A stretch of DNA of 64,000 nt from a virus. This document shows, in pieces, positions 25,311 through 34,081 of the stretch. The translations under genes were made by a program, and so were the position numbers. The notes under the pieces were generated by a model. The model saw only the letters and a program-made list of their open reading frames with translations, had not been told where the DNA came from and made no database searches. Each line of letters starts with the position of its first letter. The first letter of the stretch is position 1. The stretch covers positions 16,857-80,856 of IMG/VR virus record IMGVR_UViG_3300023504_000004. The stretch is one strand, 5' to 3'.

Positions 25311-27374
25311 ATGGAAGATTTTATGAAATTCAAAAAGGCATTACAGGATCGTTTTTCTAAAATGCAGAAGGTTGCAGACCATTTATACGAGATGGATGTA
25401 GATAAGGACATTTTATGGAATACATATTTAGACAGTTTTCCTGCAGGAACAAACAAAATGTTCCGCCAGAGAAGAGAATATGATTGTAGCTGTTGCAGAC
25501 AGTTTATTAAAAATATTGGTGCGGTCATCGCAATTAAGGATGGCAGGATTTATACGCTCTGGGAAGAAGTTACTGATGATGCGGTATATAGACCGGTGTG
25601 TGAGGCGCTTAACACATATGTAAAAGCGCAGAAGGTTAAGGATATTTATATCAGTAAGTTTTCTAAAATCGGAACTGATCATAACTTTGAAGACATTGAC
25701 GGGAAAGCACATCGTTGGGATCACTTTTTCTTAGAGCTTCCAAGCAAATATGTGAATTGTTCCTGTGACTCGAATGAAGAAATTAAAGGACAGTACAGAG
25801 ATACGAAAAATGTATTTAAGAGATCACTCGACGAAATTACCATGGATGCAGTTGATACGGTTCTGGAGTTGATCAATTCAAACACTCTTTACAAGGGCGC
25901 AGAGTGGAAAGCTGCCTTAACAGAGTTTAAGAAATACAAAAAAGAATATGCAAATCTTTCTACTGACAACGAAAAGGATCTGTATGTGTGGGAAAAATCA
26001 GCAACAGCAGGTATGGCAGTTGGTAGAATTAGAAATCATTCTATTGGTGTTCTGCTAACTAATATCAGCGAAGATATGGATCTTGATCTCGCAGTTAAAA
26101 AGTATGAGCAGATTGTTGCGCCAGCGAATTACAAACGTCCAAGGGCGATTTTTACAAAGAAAATGCTTGAAAACGCAAAGAAGACAATTACAGAACTTGG
26201 ATACATGGATTCTTTACAGCGTCGCTTTGCAACATTAAGAGATATCACAGTAAACAATGTTTTGTTTTCCAACAAATCTGCAGTTCGAAAAATGGTTGGG
26301 GCAGATGATATTTTTGGAGAGATGGAAAAGGATGTTGCAATTAGCCCAAAGAGATTTTCTAAAGTAGAAGAGATTTCTGCGCAGGATTTTATCGACAAGG
26401 TACTTCCGACCGCAAAAGAAATCGAAGCCTTCGTAGAGAATAAACACGAGAAGAATTTTGTATCCTTGATTGCTCCTGCGAATCCGGATGCTAAGTCAAT
26501 GTTTAAATGGAACAACGGCCTGAGCTGGGCATATACCGGAAATATTACGGATTCAGATATGAAACAGAATGTAAAGGCAGCCGGTGGAAACGTAGACGGC
26601 GTTCTGAGATTTTCTATTCAGTGGAATGATGATCAGAACGATAATAGCGACTTAGATGCTCATTGTATTGAACCGGATAAAAATGAAATTTATTTTGGTC
26701 ATTGTAGAAAACCCGCAGTATCTCGTATGGGTGGCCAGCTTGATGTTGATATTACTCAACCGATGGGACAGAGACCAGGACAGCCAGCAGTAGAAAATAT
26801 TACCTGGACAGATATGTCTAAGATGAAGCCCGGGGTATATCGGTTTTTTGTAAATCAATACCTTGCAAGAGGTAGTAAAGGCTTTAAGGCAGAGATTGAA
26901 TTTAACGGAGAAATCCATGCTTTTGAATACAACAAGCCTGTGTCTGGTAATGTCGTTGTCGCAGAAGTTACGCTTGACAATGGTGGAACTTTCTCCATTA
27001 AAGATATTTTAAATGGATCGTCTTCGGTATCAAGCAGATCAATTTGGGGAGTTCAAACAAATCAGTTTGTTCCGGTATCTGTAATTAGTTACAGCCCAAA
27101 TTATTTTGATGAGCAGAAAGGAATTGGGCATAAACATCTTATGTTTTTCCTTAAAGATTGTATAAATGGTGAAGAACCGAATGGCTGGTATAATGAATTT
27201 CTAAAAAATGATTTAGAAAAACATAAGAGAGTATTTGAGGCTCTTGGAGCAAAATGCCATGTGGCAAGTGTGGATGATCAGCTTTCTGGAATCGGTTTTT
27301 CTATGACAAAGAGAGCGGATCTTGTAGTAAAAGTTAAAGGCGCGACAGAACGTATCATGAAGATTAAATTTTAA
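25311..27374 (+). CDS. Large orphan protein (~687 aa), function unknown
   Basis: ORF with SD 'aatgggagaatgaca'. N-terminal 'YDCSCCRQF' Cys cluster and a Gly/Asn-rich C-terminal half. No P-loop, no glycyl-radical motif (RVxGY), no rSAM motif. Confidence 0.6.
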   Translation: MEDFMKFKKALQDRFSKMQKVADHLYEMDVDKDILWNTYLDSFPAGTNKMFRQRREYDCSCCRQFIKNIGAVIAIKDGRIYTLWEEVTDDAVYRPVCEALNTYVKAQKVKDIYISKFSKIGTDHNFEDIDGKAHRWDHFFLELPSKYVNCSCDSNEEIKGQYRDTKNVFKRSLDEITMDAVDTVLELINSNTLYKGAEWKAALTEFKKYKKEYANLSTDNEKDLYVWEKSATAGMAVGRIRNHSIGVLLTNISEDMDLDLAVKKYEQIVAPANYKRPRAIFTKKMLENAKKTITELGYMDSLQRRFATLRDITVNNVLFSNKSAVRKMVGADDIFGEMEKDVAISPKRFSKVEEISAQDFIDKVLPTAKEIEAFVENKHEKNFVSLIAPANPDAKSMFKWNNGLSWAYTGNITDSDMKQNVKAAGGNVDGVLRFSIQWNDDQNDNSDLDAHCIEPDKNEIYFGHCRKPAVSRMGGQLDVDITQPMGQRPGQPAVENITWTDMSKMKPGVYRFFVNQYLARGSKGFKAEIEFNGEIHAFEYNKPVSGNVVVAEVTLDNGGTFSIKDILNGSSSVSSRSIWGVQTNQFVPVSVISYSPNYFDEQKGIGHKHLMFFLKDCINGEEPNGWYNEFLKNDLEKHKRVFEALGAKCHVASVDDQLSGIGFSMTKRADLVVKVKGATERIMKIKF

Positions 27375-27392
27375 AGGACAAAGGAGAATTAT

Positions 27393-27779
27393 ATGACAGC
27401 AGCAGAATTATTTATCGAGGCAACAAAGAAAAACTATCAGTTCCCGTTCAGAGGAATGATCAACGTCATTGATTTATGGGAGCTTTCCGTTCAGAATCTG
27501 GATCTGGTCTTCAAGAGTTTGAACGCAGATTACAAAAAATCCGAGGAGGAAAGCCTTCTTTCCGCTCAGACAAAAGAGAGTGAAGAGCTTTCCGAAAAGA
27601 TTGAGATTGTAAAGTATATCGTCAATGAGAAACTGGCCGAAAAGAAAGCGAAAGAGGACGCAAAGAAAAATAGAGAAATGAAGCAGCGTCTTCTCGAAAT
27701 CAAGGCAAAGAGACAGGATGCAGCATTAGAAGGTTTATCTGATGCAGAACTGGATAAAATGATTCAGGCAATGGAGTAA
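27393..27779 (+). CDS. Hypothetical coiled-coil (K/E-rich) protein
   Basis: ORF with SD 'aaaggagaattat'. Confidence 0.5.
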   Translation: MTAAELFIEATKKNYQFPFRGMINVIDLWELSVQNLDLVFKSLNADYKKSEEESLLSAQTKESEELSEKIEIVKYIVNEKLAEKKAKEDAKKNREMKQRLLEIKAKRQDAALEGLSDAELDKMIQAME

Positions 27780-27849
27780 AAGTAAATGTAAGGGATTGGT
27801 TAGATTACTGATCAATCCCTTAAAATCGAAATTTCGAGGTGAGAAAATC

Positions 27850-28578
27850 ATGAAAAGACAGATCCGAAGAGGTGTTTTTGAAACAAATTCTTCCAGTCAG
27901 CATTCGCTTTGCATCATGAAAAACAACAGTCATTATACCCCAGACGAAATCCTTAAGGAATTTTGTTTGTGGGACGACAAAGAGACTGGTGAAGAGGATT
28001 GTATATGGCATGTTGATGATGATGATCTGGAATTCGGAAGAAGTCCATTTAGAGCGTTAGGAACTTTTTATGACAAGTGGTTGTATGCTTGTGCCTCATT
28101 AGTTTTGGAATATAACGATGATAAGTATAAAGAGCTTGAAGCACTTGCATTAAAATATGTTCCTGGTTTAAAAAAGATTGTAATGCCAATGATTTTAGAC
28201 TCTGTTCCTAATAAAGATTTTCCTGGAAATAAAAATAGTGACTATGTACAGAAATATGGAAAAACAGAAGATGAGTTCAATGAATGGATTGACCAAAAAG
28301 AGGTAGCTTGGGGAATAGATACAATTGAATATTGGGAAAACGACAGAGGGTATTTTGTTTTTGAAAGACCATATGTGGGATATGTGGATGAAGATATGCT
28401 TAGTGGTTTTCTTAAAAGAGAAAAAGTATCGTTAGAAGAATACCTGACGAATAAAAAGTATATTGTTATTCAAGATGGAGATGAAACATGTTACTGGTCT
28501 GATATGAAAAATTTAGGATTAGTCAATATGGATGTTATTGATCATGAATATCCAGTAAACAATGGAACGGAGGATTAA
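27850..28578 (+). CDS. Hypothetical protein, paralog A with N-terminal 'MKRQIRRGVFETNSSSQHSL'
   Basis: Internal ATG of ORF 27796-28578 after 'tttcgaggtgagaaaatc'. The first ~20 aa are nearly identical to the next gene. Confidence 0.55.
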   Translation: MKRQIRRGVFETNSSSQHSLCIMKNNSHYTPDEILKEFCLWDDKETGEEDCIWHVDDDDLEFGRSPFRALGTFYDKWLYACASLVLEYNDDKYKELEALALKYVPGLKKIVMPMILDSVPNKDFPGNKNSDYVQKYGKTEDEFNEWIDQKEVAWGIDTIEYWENDRGYFVFERPYVGYVDEDMLSGFLKREKVSLEEYLTNKKYIVIQDGDETCYWSDMKNLGLVNMDVIDHEYPVNNGTED

Positions 28579-28580
28579 AT

Positions 28581-28952
28581 ATGAAAAGACAAATTAGAAA
28601 AGGCGTATTCGAAACAAATTCATCTAGTGTCCATGCATTGGCAATGTGTACAGAGAGTGAGTTCGACCGATGGGAAAATGGAGAATTATTATTCTGGGAA
28701 CATAAGAATAAATTCGGGACTAGAGAAGAACTTATTGAGGAATTAAAAAAGTACACTGGTTGGAATGGAAAACTTTGGTATCGCGATACTGACTGGGATG
28801 ATGAGGATCGAGTTGCGGAAATCTTTGAGGACGAAAATATTAAAACATGCGATCAATTTTTTGATAATGAATGGTATGAAACGTATTCAGAAAGATACAC
28901 AACACCAGGCGGTGAGACCATTGTAGCTTTCGGCTATTACGGTCACGATTAA
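28581..28952 (+). CDS. Hypothetical protein, paralog B with N-terminal 'MKRQIRKGVFETNSSSVHAL'
   Basis: ORF starting 2 nt after the previous stop, with SD 'acggaggattaaat'. Shares the N-terminal motif with 27850-28578. Confidence 0.55.
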   Translation: MKRQIRKGVFETNSSSVHALAMCTESEFDRWENGELLFWEHKNKFGTREELIEELKKYTGWNGKLWYRDTDWDDEDRVAEIFEDENIKTCDQFFDNEWYETYSERYTTPGGETIVAFGYYGHD

Positions 28953-28970
28953 GCAAAGGAGAATGTAGAA

Positions 28971-29861
28971 ATGGAATTATTAGGAAGATATAAAAACGGC
29001 AATTTCCGAGTTGTCATTCTTGATGACGGCACAAAAATTAGAGAAACAAACGACGATGAGTTTGTGCCGGATTTTGCAGAAAATATGGATATAAAAATCT
29101 GTAACGTATGCGACGTTCTTTGTCCCTTTTGTCATGAGGGAAGCACAAAAAACGGAAAACTCGGAGATATCTTAAATGAGAAGTTTATTGATACTCTTCA
29201 CCCATATCAAGAGGTTGCAATCGGTGGAGGCGACGTAACAAGTCATCCTGATTTGATTCCATTTCTGCAGAAACTCAAAGAGAAAAAAGTTATTGCAAAT
29301 ATCACAGTTAATCAGATTCACTTTGAGAGAAAACAGGAGCTTATTAAGAAACTTGTTGATGAAAAACTTATCTATGGTCTTGGCGTTTCTCTCGTAAATC
29401 CAACGGAACACTTCCTTGATCTTATCAAACAATACCCTAATGCGGTAATTCATGTAATCAACGGAATTTTATCCGAATCTGATGTGAAAAAATTAGAGAA
29501 TAACGATTTGAAAATGCTTATTCTTGGATATAAGCATTTGAGAAGAGGCAACGAGTATTTCGAGGTCGATCAGACAGAAATCGAGAACAAGCAGCATTGG
29601 CTGTATGAGAATTTAGAAAGCCTTGTTGATAGGTTCAAAGTAGTAAGCTTTGACAATCTCGCAATTGAGCAGTTGCAAGTTAAACGACTATTGACCGATG
29701 AAGAATGGAACGAATTTTATATGGGCGATGATTCCGAATTTACGTATTATATCGATATGGTGGAAAGAAAATTTGCAAAGAATTCGACTGCCCCGATGGA
29801 TCAGAGATATGATTTGTTAAATTCGACCGATGATATGTTTAATAAAATCAGAAAGCGTTGA
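28971..29861 (+). CDS. Radical SAM enzyme (CxxxCxxC), 296 aa
   Basis: 'ICNVCDVLCPFCHEG' carries the canonical CX3CX2C motif. A later 'AIGGGDVTSHPD' is a GGE-like SAM-binding motif. SD 'aaaggagaatgtagaa'. Confidence 0.65.
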   Translation: MELLGRYKNGNFRVVILDDGTKIRETNDDEFVPDFAENMDIKICNVCDVLCPFCHEGSTKNGKLGDILNEKFIDTLHPYQEVAIGGGDVTSHPDLIPFLQKLKEKKVIANITVNQIHFERKQELIKKLVDEKLIYGLGVSLVNPTEHFLDLIKQYPNAVIHVINGILSESDVKKLENNDLKMLILGYKHLRRGNEYFEVDQTEIENKQHWLYENLESLVDRFKVVSFDNLAIEQLQVKRLLTDEEWNEFYMGDDSEFTYYIDMVERKFAKNSTAPMDQRYDLLNSTDDMFNKIRKR

Positions 29862-29895
29862 AACCGATATTTCAAGGTAACATATGAGGTAACAT

Positions 29896-30090
29896 ATGAG
29901 AGAACAGAAATTATATATTTGTGATTATTGCGGTACGCAGTACAAAGAAAAAGTCAGGTGTGCTGAATGCGAAAAGTCACATATTGGAATTACAAAAATC
30001 AGAGATATAAACTATCATGCATGTGGGAAATACCCTGATCGTGTAGAGATAGTTTTCGATGATGGAAGTTTTGCATATTACAAGAGGTAA
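29896..30090 (+). CDS. Zinc-ribbon protein (64 aa)
   Basis: Two CxxC pairs (CDYCGTQ...CAECEKSH) plus H..C. Sits between the two radical SAM genes. Confidence 0.5.
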   Translation: MREQKLYICDYCGTQYKEKVRCAECEKSHIGITKIRDINYHACGKYPDRVEIVFDDGSFAYYKR

Positions 30091-30114
30091 AATGCACGTT
30101 TCAAAAGGAGAAAA

Positions 30115-30762
30115 ATGGATAAATATATAAGCGTGATCACAAACTTTGGATGCCATTATTCGTGTCCATATTGTATCGTGAAGAACAATGATTTACATAT
30201 TCCGAAGAGTACAGTAGAAGGATTAGATTCATTAATTTCGGAAGCTGAAAGGGCCGGTTGTAACTGGATCTCGTTATCCGGTGGTGGCGATCCATTGTGG
30301 GAGTATCAGAACCACAAAGATTGGTACGGAAAATTTTTTGATATCGCAACAGATTATAAGATCGAACTACATACAAGTATTCCAAACGTAAAAACATTCC
30401 CATATTTCTTCTTCAATCGAGTTGTATATCACTTGCACAGTTATGATCAGTTGAAAACTATTAAGCGAGACGGCAACGAAATTGTTCGTGTAGTATTTGT
30501 CGTTACAGAGAATTTTACAGAAGGGTTAATTGATAAAATCGCAACATTTTGCCAGGAATCTTCTGAGATTGATGAGCTGAGTTTCCGGCAGATGGTTGAC
30601 GATCATTATCAAGACACTTATTACTGCCAGAAGTATCTGAGAGAAGGCCATCAGAAGCGTTGGTGGTACATCGAACAGTGTGATTATAATCTGTATTATT
30701 GCGAGAATAAAGTATATACAGAATATAAAAACATCGGGGTCGATCAAGAAAAAGTAATTTAA
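30115..30762 (+). CDS. Radical SAM enzyme (CxxxCxxC), 215 aa, organic-radical-activase/QueE-like size
   Basis: 'NFGCHYSCPYCIV' carries CX3CX2C very near the N-terminus. 'LSGGGDPL' is GGE-like. SD 'tttcaaaaggagaaaa'. Confidence 0.65.
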   Translation: MDKYISVITNFGCHYSCPYCIVKNNDLHIPKSTVEGLDSLISEAERAGCNWISLSGGGDPLWEYQNHKDWYGKFFDIATDYKIELHTSIPNVKTFPYFFFNRVVYHLHSYDQLKTIKRDGNEIVRVVFVVTENFTEGLIDKIATFCQESSEIDELSFRQMVDDHYQDTYYCQKYLREGHQKRWWYIEQCDYNLYYCENKVYTEYKNIGVDQEKVI

Positions 30763-30788
30763 CGCACGTTTCAAGGGAGAAAACAAAT

Positions 30789-31052
30789 ATGGATAAACAA
30801 ACATTTGATTACGTATCATTAAAACCAATTGCAGATAGATTTAGAAAAGCGGCTGGGACAATTTCTGATTACGAAATCAGAGATATTATCAAAGATCAGA
30901 TTGCCCAAAATGTGAAGGAGCAATTGGAAGATAGTTATTTTTCGTTGGAACAGATCATCGAAGACTGGTTTGATGATAACGATAATATTGAGTGGATTAA
31001 TAAAACTCTGAAAGCCTCAATTGAAAACAAATTATTTGATAAAATTAGATAG
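30789..31052 (+). CDS. Hypothetical acidic protein
   Basis: ORF preceded by 'gcacgtttcaagggagaaaac', near-identical to the leader of 30115. Confidence 0.5.
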   Translation: MDKQTFDYVSLKPIADRFRKAAGTISDYEIRDIIKDQIAQNVKEQLEDSYFSLEQIIEDWFDDNDNIEWINKTLKASIENKLFDKIR

Positions 31053-31066
31053 GGGAATAAAAATAT

Positions 31067-31654
31067 ATGGGAGGTTTTGCACCTAAAAAAGTTGAGAAAT
31101 TAACCGATGAGCAAAGACAACTTGTAGAAGATAACCATAACTTAATTTACAAGGTTTTGTACGACAAGCATCTTGATATAGATGAATGGTATGATATTGC
31201 AGCAATTGCATTGTGCAACGCAGCTAAATTGTATGACGCAAACAGAGATATTCAATTTAGTACATATGCGTATATATCAATCTTTAATGGAATTTGTAGG
31301 GAATATGCATTAAGCTTGGCAAATAGAAAAATCCCTAAAGATAAAATTTATTCCTTAGATTACGAATTTGGAGATGGAAATGAAACATACACAATTAAAG
31401 ATTATTATGTGGATGGATATTCATTTGAGAACGATGTTGTAACGAAAGAACGTTTTTTAAGTGGTTTAAAACAGATGCCGAGTCAAAGAGATAGGGAAAT
31501 AATTGTATTGATATCAGAAGGATATACATATGAAAAAGTAGGAAAAATATATAACATTTCGCGAGAACGAGTTAGACAAATTATTCAAAGGTATGCGTGT
31601 TATATAAACCACAAGATAAAAAAGAATAAAGGATATAATAGGAGTGTTGCATGA
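31067..31654 (+). CDS. Sigma-70-family RNA polymerase sigma factor (regions 2 and 4)
   Basis: Region-2-like 'DIAAIALCNAAKLYDANRDIQFSTYAYISIFNGICRE' and region-4 HTH 'YEKVGKIYNISRERVRQIIQR'. SD 'taggggaataaaaatat'. Confidence 0.65.
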   Translation: MGGFAPKKVEKLTDEQRQLVEDNHNLIYKVLYDKHLDIDEWYDIAAIALCNAAKLYDANRDIQFSTYAYISIFNGICREYALSLANRKIPKDKIYSLDYEFGDGNETYTIKDYYVDGYSFENDVVTKERFLSGLKQMPSQRDREIIVLISEGYTYEKVGKIYNISRERVRQIIQRYACYINHKIKKNKGYNRSVA

Positions 31655-32079
31655 CAAAATACATTCTGATTTTAGTGACCTTCTGTGTGGTCCTGTGGGC
31701 TTGGTTAATACATCACCAACGACAATTTCCACGATACGAATGGTACAAACCTTTCAGAAGGCGTCTGAGGGCTTCAGTAGACGAATATTGTAAGGTAAGT
31801 AAAAATCTTCGCTCAGTTAAAACTCTGATTTCAAAGACCGAAAATGATCTAAGTGTGTTCGATATCACATCAGCTCGTCGGATAATCATCCAAGAAAATC
31901 TCGATAAATTAAAAGAAAAGTGCAAAGATTTAGAGAATAAATATTATGAAATCTCTAATGAAATTATATTGCTCTATAACGAACATGAGATGGAAATTGA
32001 GAGCGAGGAAAATATGTTAAATCCTCAGATGTTGGAGCTAAGAGATTTGTGGCGTATTTACACAGAGAATAAATTATAG
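31651..32079 (+). CDS. Hypothetical protein with N-terminal transmembrane helix
   Basis: ORF with a 4-nt overlap to the sigma factor gene. N-terminus MTKYILILVTFCVVLWAWLI. Confidence 0.5.
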   Translation: MTKYILILVTFCVVLWAWLIHHQRQFPRYEWYKPFRRRLRASVDEYCKVSKNLRSVKTLISKTENDLSVFDITSARRIIIQENLDKLKEKCKDLENKYYEISNEIILLYNEHEMEIESEENMLNPQMLELRDLWRIYTENKL

Positions 32080-32107
32080 GGGGTGATGTTATATAAAAAG
32101 AATAGAT

Positions 32108-32926
32108 ATGATAGGGAGGACTTTCGGGCTTCTAACAGTAAAAAGTGTATCTGAAAGGTCTACATCAAAACGTCTTATATATGTATGTGACTGTAAATGC
32201 GGCACAAAGGATGTAGAGGTGTCTGGCGATAAATTAAGAAGTGGGTGGACAAAAAGTTGTGGCTGTTTGGTGAAAAAAAGAGCGAGTGAAATTCATAAAA
32301 AAATTAATACATATGATATCACTGGTCCATATGGTATTGGAATATGTTCAAATAGTGACACAAAATTTTTCTTTGATCTGCAAGATTATGAAAAGATTAA
32401 AGATTATTGTTGGATGGAATTGAGGAATGGATATATAGCAACATCTTTGAATGATGGAAGATTTATATATTTACATCGATTAGTCATGAATGCAACAAGT
32501 GGACAAATTGTCGATCATGTGCAGCATAATCTTTATGATTGTAGAAAAGAAGAATTACGTATTGGAACACAAAGTAATAATATGATGAATTTATCTATGC
32601 GAATAGATAATACATCTGGAACCACTGGAGTTTGGTTGGATAAAAGGAACAATAATTGGGTCGCTGAAATTAAGGTAAACAAGGAGAAAATAAATTTGGG
32701 ATCTTTTGTTAATAAAAATGATGCTATAAAAGCGCGTAGAAATGCAGAAGAGAAATATTTTAACAATTGGTCATATAAAAATTCTACTGGTCTTTACAAT
32801 AATGAAAATTTGGAGGTCACAACGAAGTGTCCGTATTGTAACTACATTCCGGATTGTGATGAGTATACCTGCGATGGATGCGAAGTCTATGAAGATTTCT
32901 TGGATGATATAAATGATTTTTATTGA
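32108..32926 (+). CDS. HNH homing endonuclease with AP2-type DNA-binding domain
   Basis: 'IDHVQHN...R.ELR..T.S.N' HNH core, and 'TTGVWLDKRNNNWVAEIKVNKEKINLGSFVNKNDAIKARRNAEEKYF', an AP2-like domain typical of phage HNH endonucleases. Confidence 0.7.
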   Translation: MIGRTFGLLTVKSVSERSTSKRLIYVCDCKCGTKDVEVSGDKLRSGWTKSCGCLVKKRASEIHKKINTYDITGPYGIGICSNSDTKFFFDLQDYEKIKDYCWMELRNGYIATSLNDGRFIYLHRLVMNATSGQIVDHVQHNLYDCRKEELRIGTQSNNMMNLSMRIDNTSGTTGVWLDKRNNNWVAEIKVNKEKINLGSFVNKNDAIKARRNAEEKYFNNWSYKNSTGLYNNENLEVTTKCPYCNYIPDCDEYTCDGCEVYEDFLDDINDFY

Positions 32927-32980
32927 GAATTAAGAGATTTATACTGTATTCACAGGGAATAAATTAGAGGAGGCGATGCT

Positions 32981-33145
32981 ATGAATCCAATTTTAATAGG
33001 AGGAATTTTATTATTGGCGGTCGGATTATGGTTCTTGCTGGCATTTGCATTTAAACCAATTGGTGCTTTTATTGAGCATATATGGGGAGATGCAATCGAT
33101 GCCATGAATGATAAAAATAACAAAGAAGAGGAGAAAAAGAAATGA
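32981..33145 (+). CDS. Small membrane protein (54 aa)
   Basis: Unlisted ORF with SD 'ttagaggaggcgatgct'. Hydrophobic N-terminus, K/E-rich tail. 4-nt overlap with the SPFH gene. Confidence 0.4.
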   Translation: MNPILIGGILLLAVGLWFLLAFAFKPIGAFIEHIWGDAIDAMNDKNNKEEEKKK

Positions 33146-34074
33146 GTAAAAGAGGATTATTAGGCGGAGTTACATTAGGCGTATTAATTATCGGATCAGT
33201 AGCAGTTGGGCTTGCTTGTACAGAAAAGATCCCAGCCGGTTATGTTGGGGTTGTATACAACGGTTTATCTGGCGGAGTAGATGGAGAAGTGCTTACTCAG
33301 GGATGGCACTTTGTCGCACCGACCAAGAAAGTTACTAATTATTCCATTGGAATTGAACAGTCGTATCTTACATCTGAAGATAAAGGAGATTCACCAGAGG
33401 ACGAGAGTTTTTCGACTCCAACATCTGACGGCAAATCTTTAAAGGTCGATCTGGAGTTTTCTTATAAATTCGATGCAGACAAGATTGCAGATACATTCGT
33501 AATGTTCAAAGGTCAGTCTGGGAAATCTATTAAGGACACCTTCATTAAGCCGAAAATGAGAGCATGGACTCAGGAAGTTACTGCGAAGTATCCGGTGACG
33601 GATGTATTTGGTGATAAAAGACAGGAACTTAATGAGGCTCTGGATGTATATCTGAAACAGAAATTTGAACCGTATGGCATTATCATTGACACTGTGAACT
33701 TTACAAATATTTCCACTGATACCGAGACATCTGCAGCAATCCAGAAGAAAGTAACTGCGCAGCAGGAACTTGAACTCGCAAACATTGAAGCAAAAACGGC
33801 GAAAGTTCAGGCCGATAAGGATAAGGAAGTTGCCCTGATTGCGGCAGAGCAGGAAAAAGAAAAGGCAGCTATCGTTGCCGAACAGAAGAAGATCCAGGCA
33901 GAAGGTGAAGCCGAAGCTACAAGAATTAAGGCACAGGCAGAAGCTGAAGCGAACCAGAAGATTGCAGCATCTCTTACACCGGAATTGATTCAGAAGCAGA
34001 AATATGAAAAATGGAATGGCGCACTTCCAGATGTTATGGGGAATAACACTCCAATCATTAATATGGGAGAGTAG
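33142..34074 (+). CDS. SPFH/band-7 (prohibitin/stomatin/HflC-like) membrane protein
   Basis: N-terminal TM helix (LLGGVTLGVLIIGSVAVGLA), an SPFH body, and a C-terminal Ala/Glu/Gln/Lys-rich coiled coil (AQQELELANIEAKTAKVQADKDKEVALIAAEQEKEKAAIVAEQKKIQAEGEAEA). Confidence 0.7.
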   Translation: MSKRGLLGGVTLGVLIIGSVAVGLACTEKIPAGYVGVVYNGLSGGVDGEVLTQGWHFVAPTKKVTNYSIGIEQSYLTSEDKGDSPEDESFSTPTSDGKSLKVDLEFSYKFDADKIADTFVMFKGQSGKSIKDTFIKPKMRAWTQEVTAKYPVTDVFGDKRQELNEALDVYLKQKFEPYGIIIDTVNFTNISTDTETSAAIQKKVTAQQELELANIEAKTAKVQADKDKEVALIAAEQEKEKAAIVAEQKKIQAEGEAEATRIKAQAEAEANQKIAASLTPELIQKQKYEKWNGALPDVMGNNTPIINMGE

Positions 34075-34081
34075 TGATTAA

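Noticed and set aside
25311-27374. Possibility that the 687-aa protein is the anaerobic ribonucleotide reductase NrdD partnering the radical-SAM 'activases'
   Set aside because: No C-terminal glycyl-radical motif (RVCGY). No CxxC...CxxC zinc site. No ATP-cone. Size alone is not sufficient.
28971-30762. 7-deazaguanine (queuosine/archaeosine-type) DNA modification pathway
   Set aside because: Only a QueE-like rSAM signature is present. No QueC (SGGxDS), QueD (CxxxHGH), FolE or DpdA/TGT-like genes were seen in the window.
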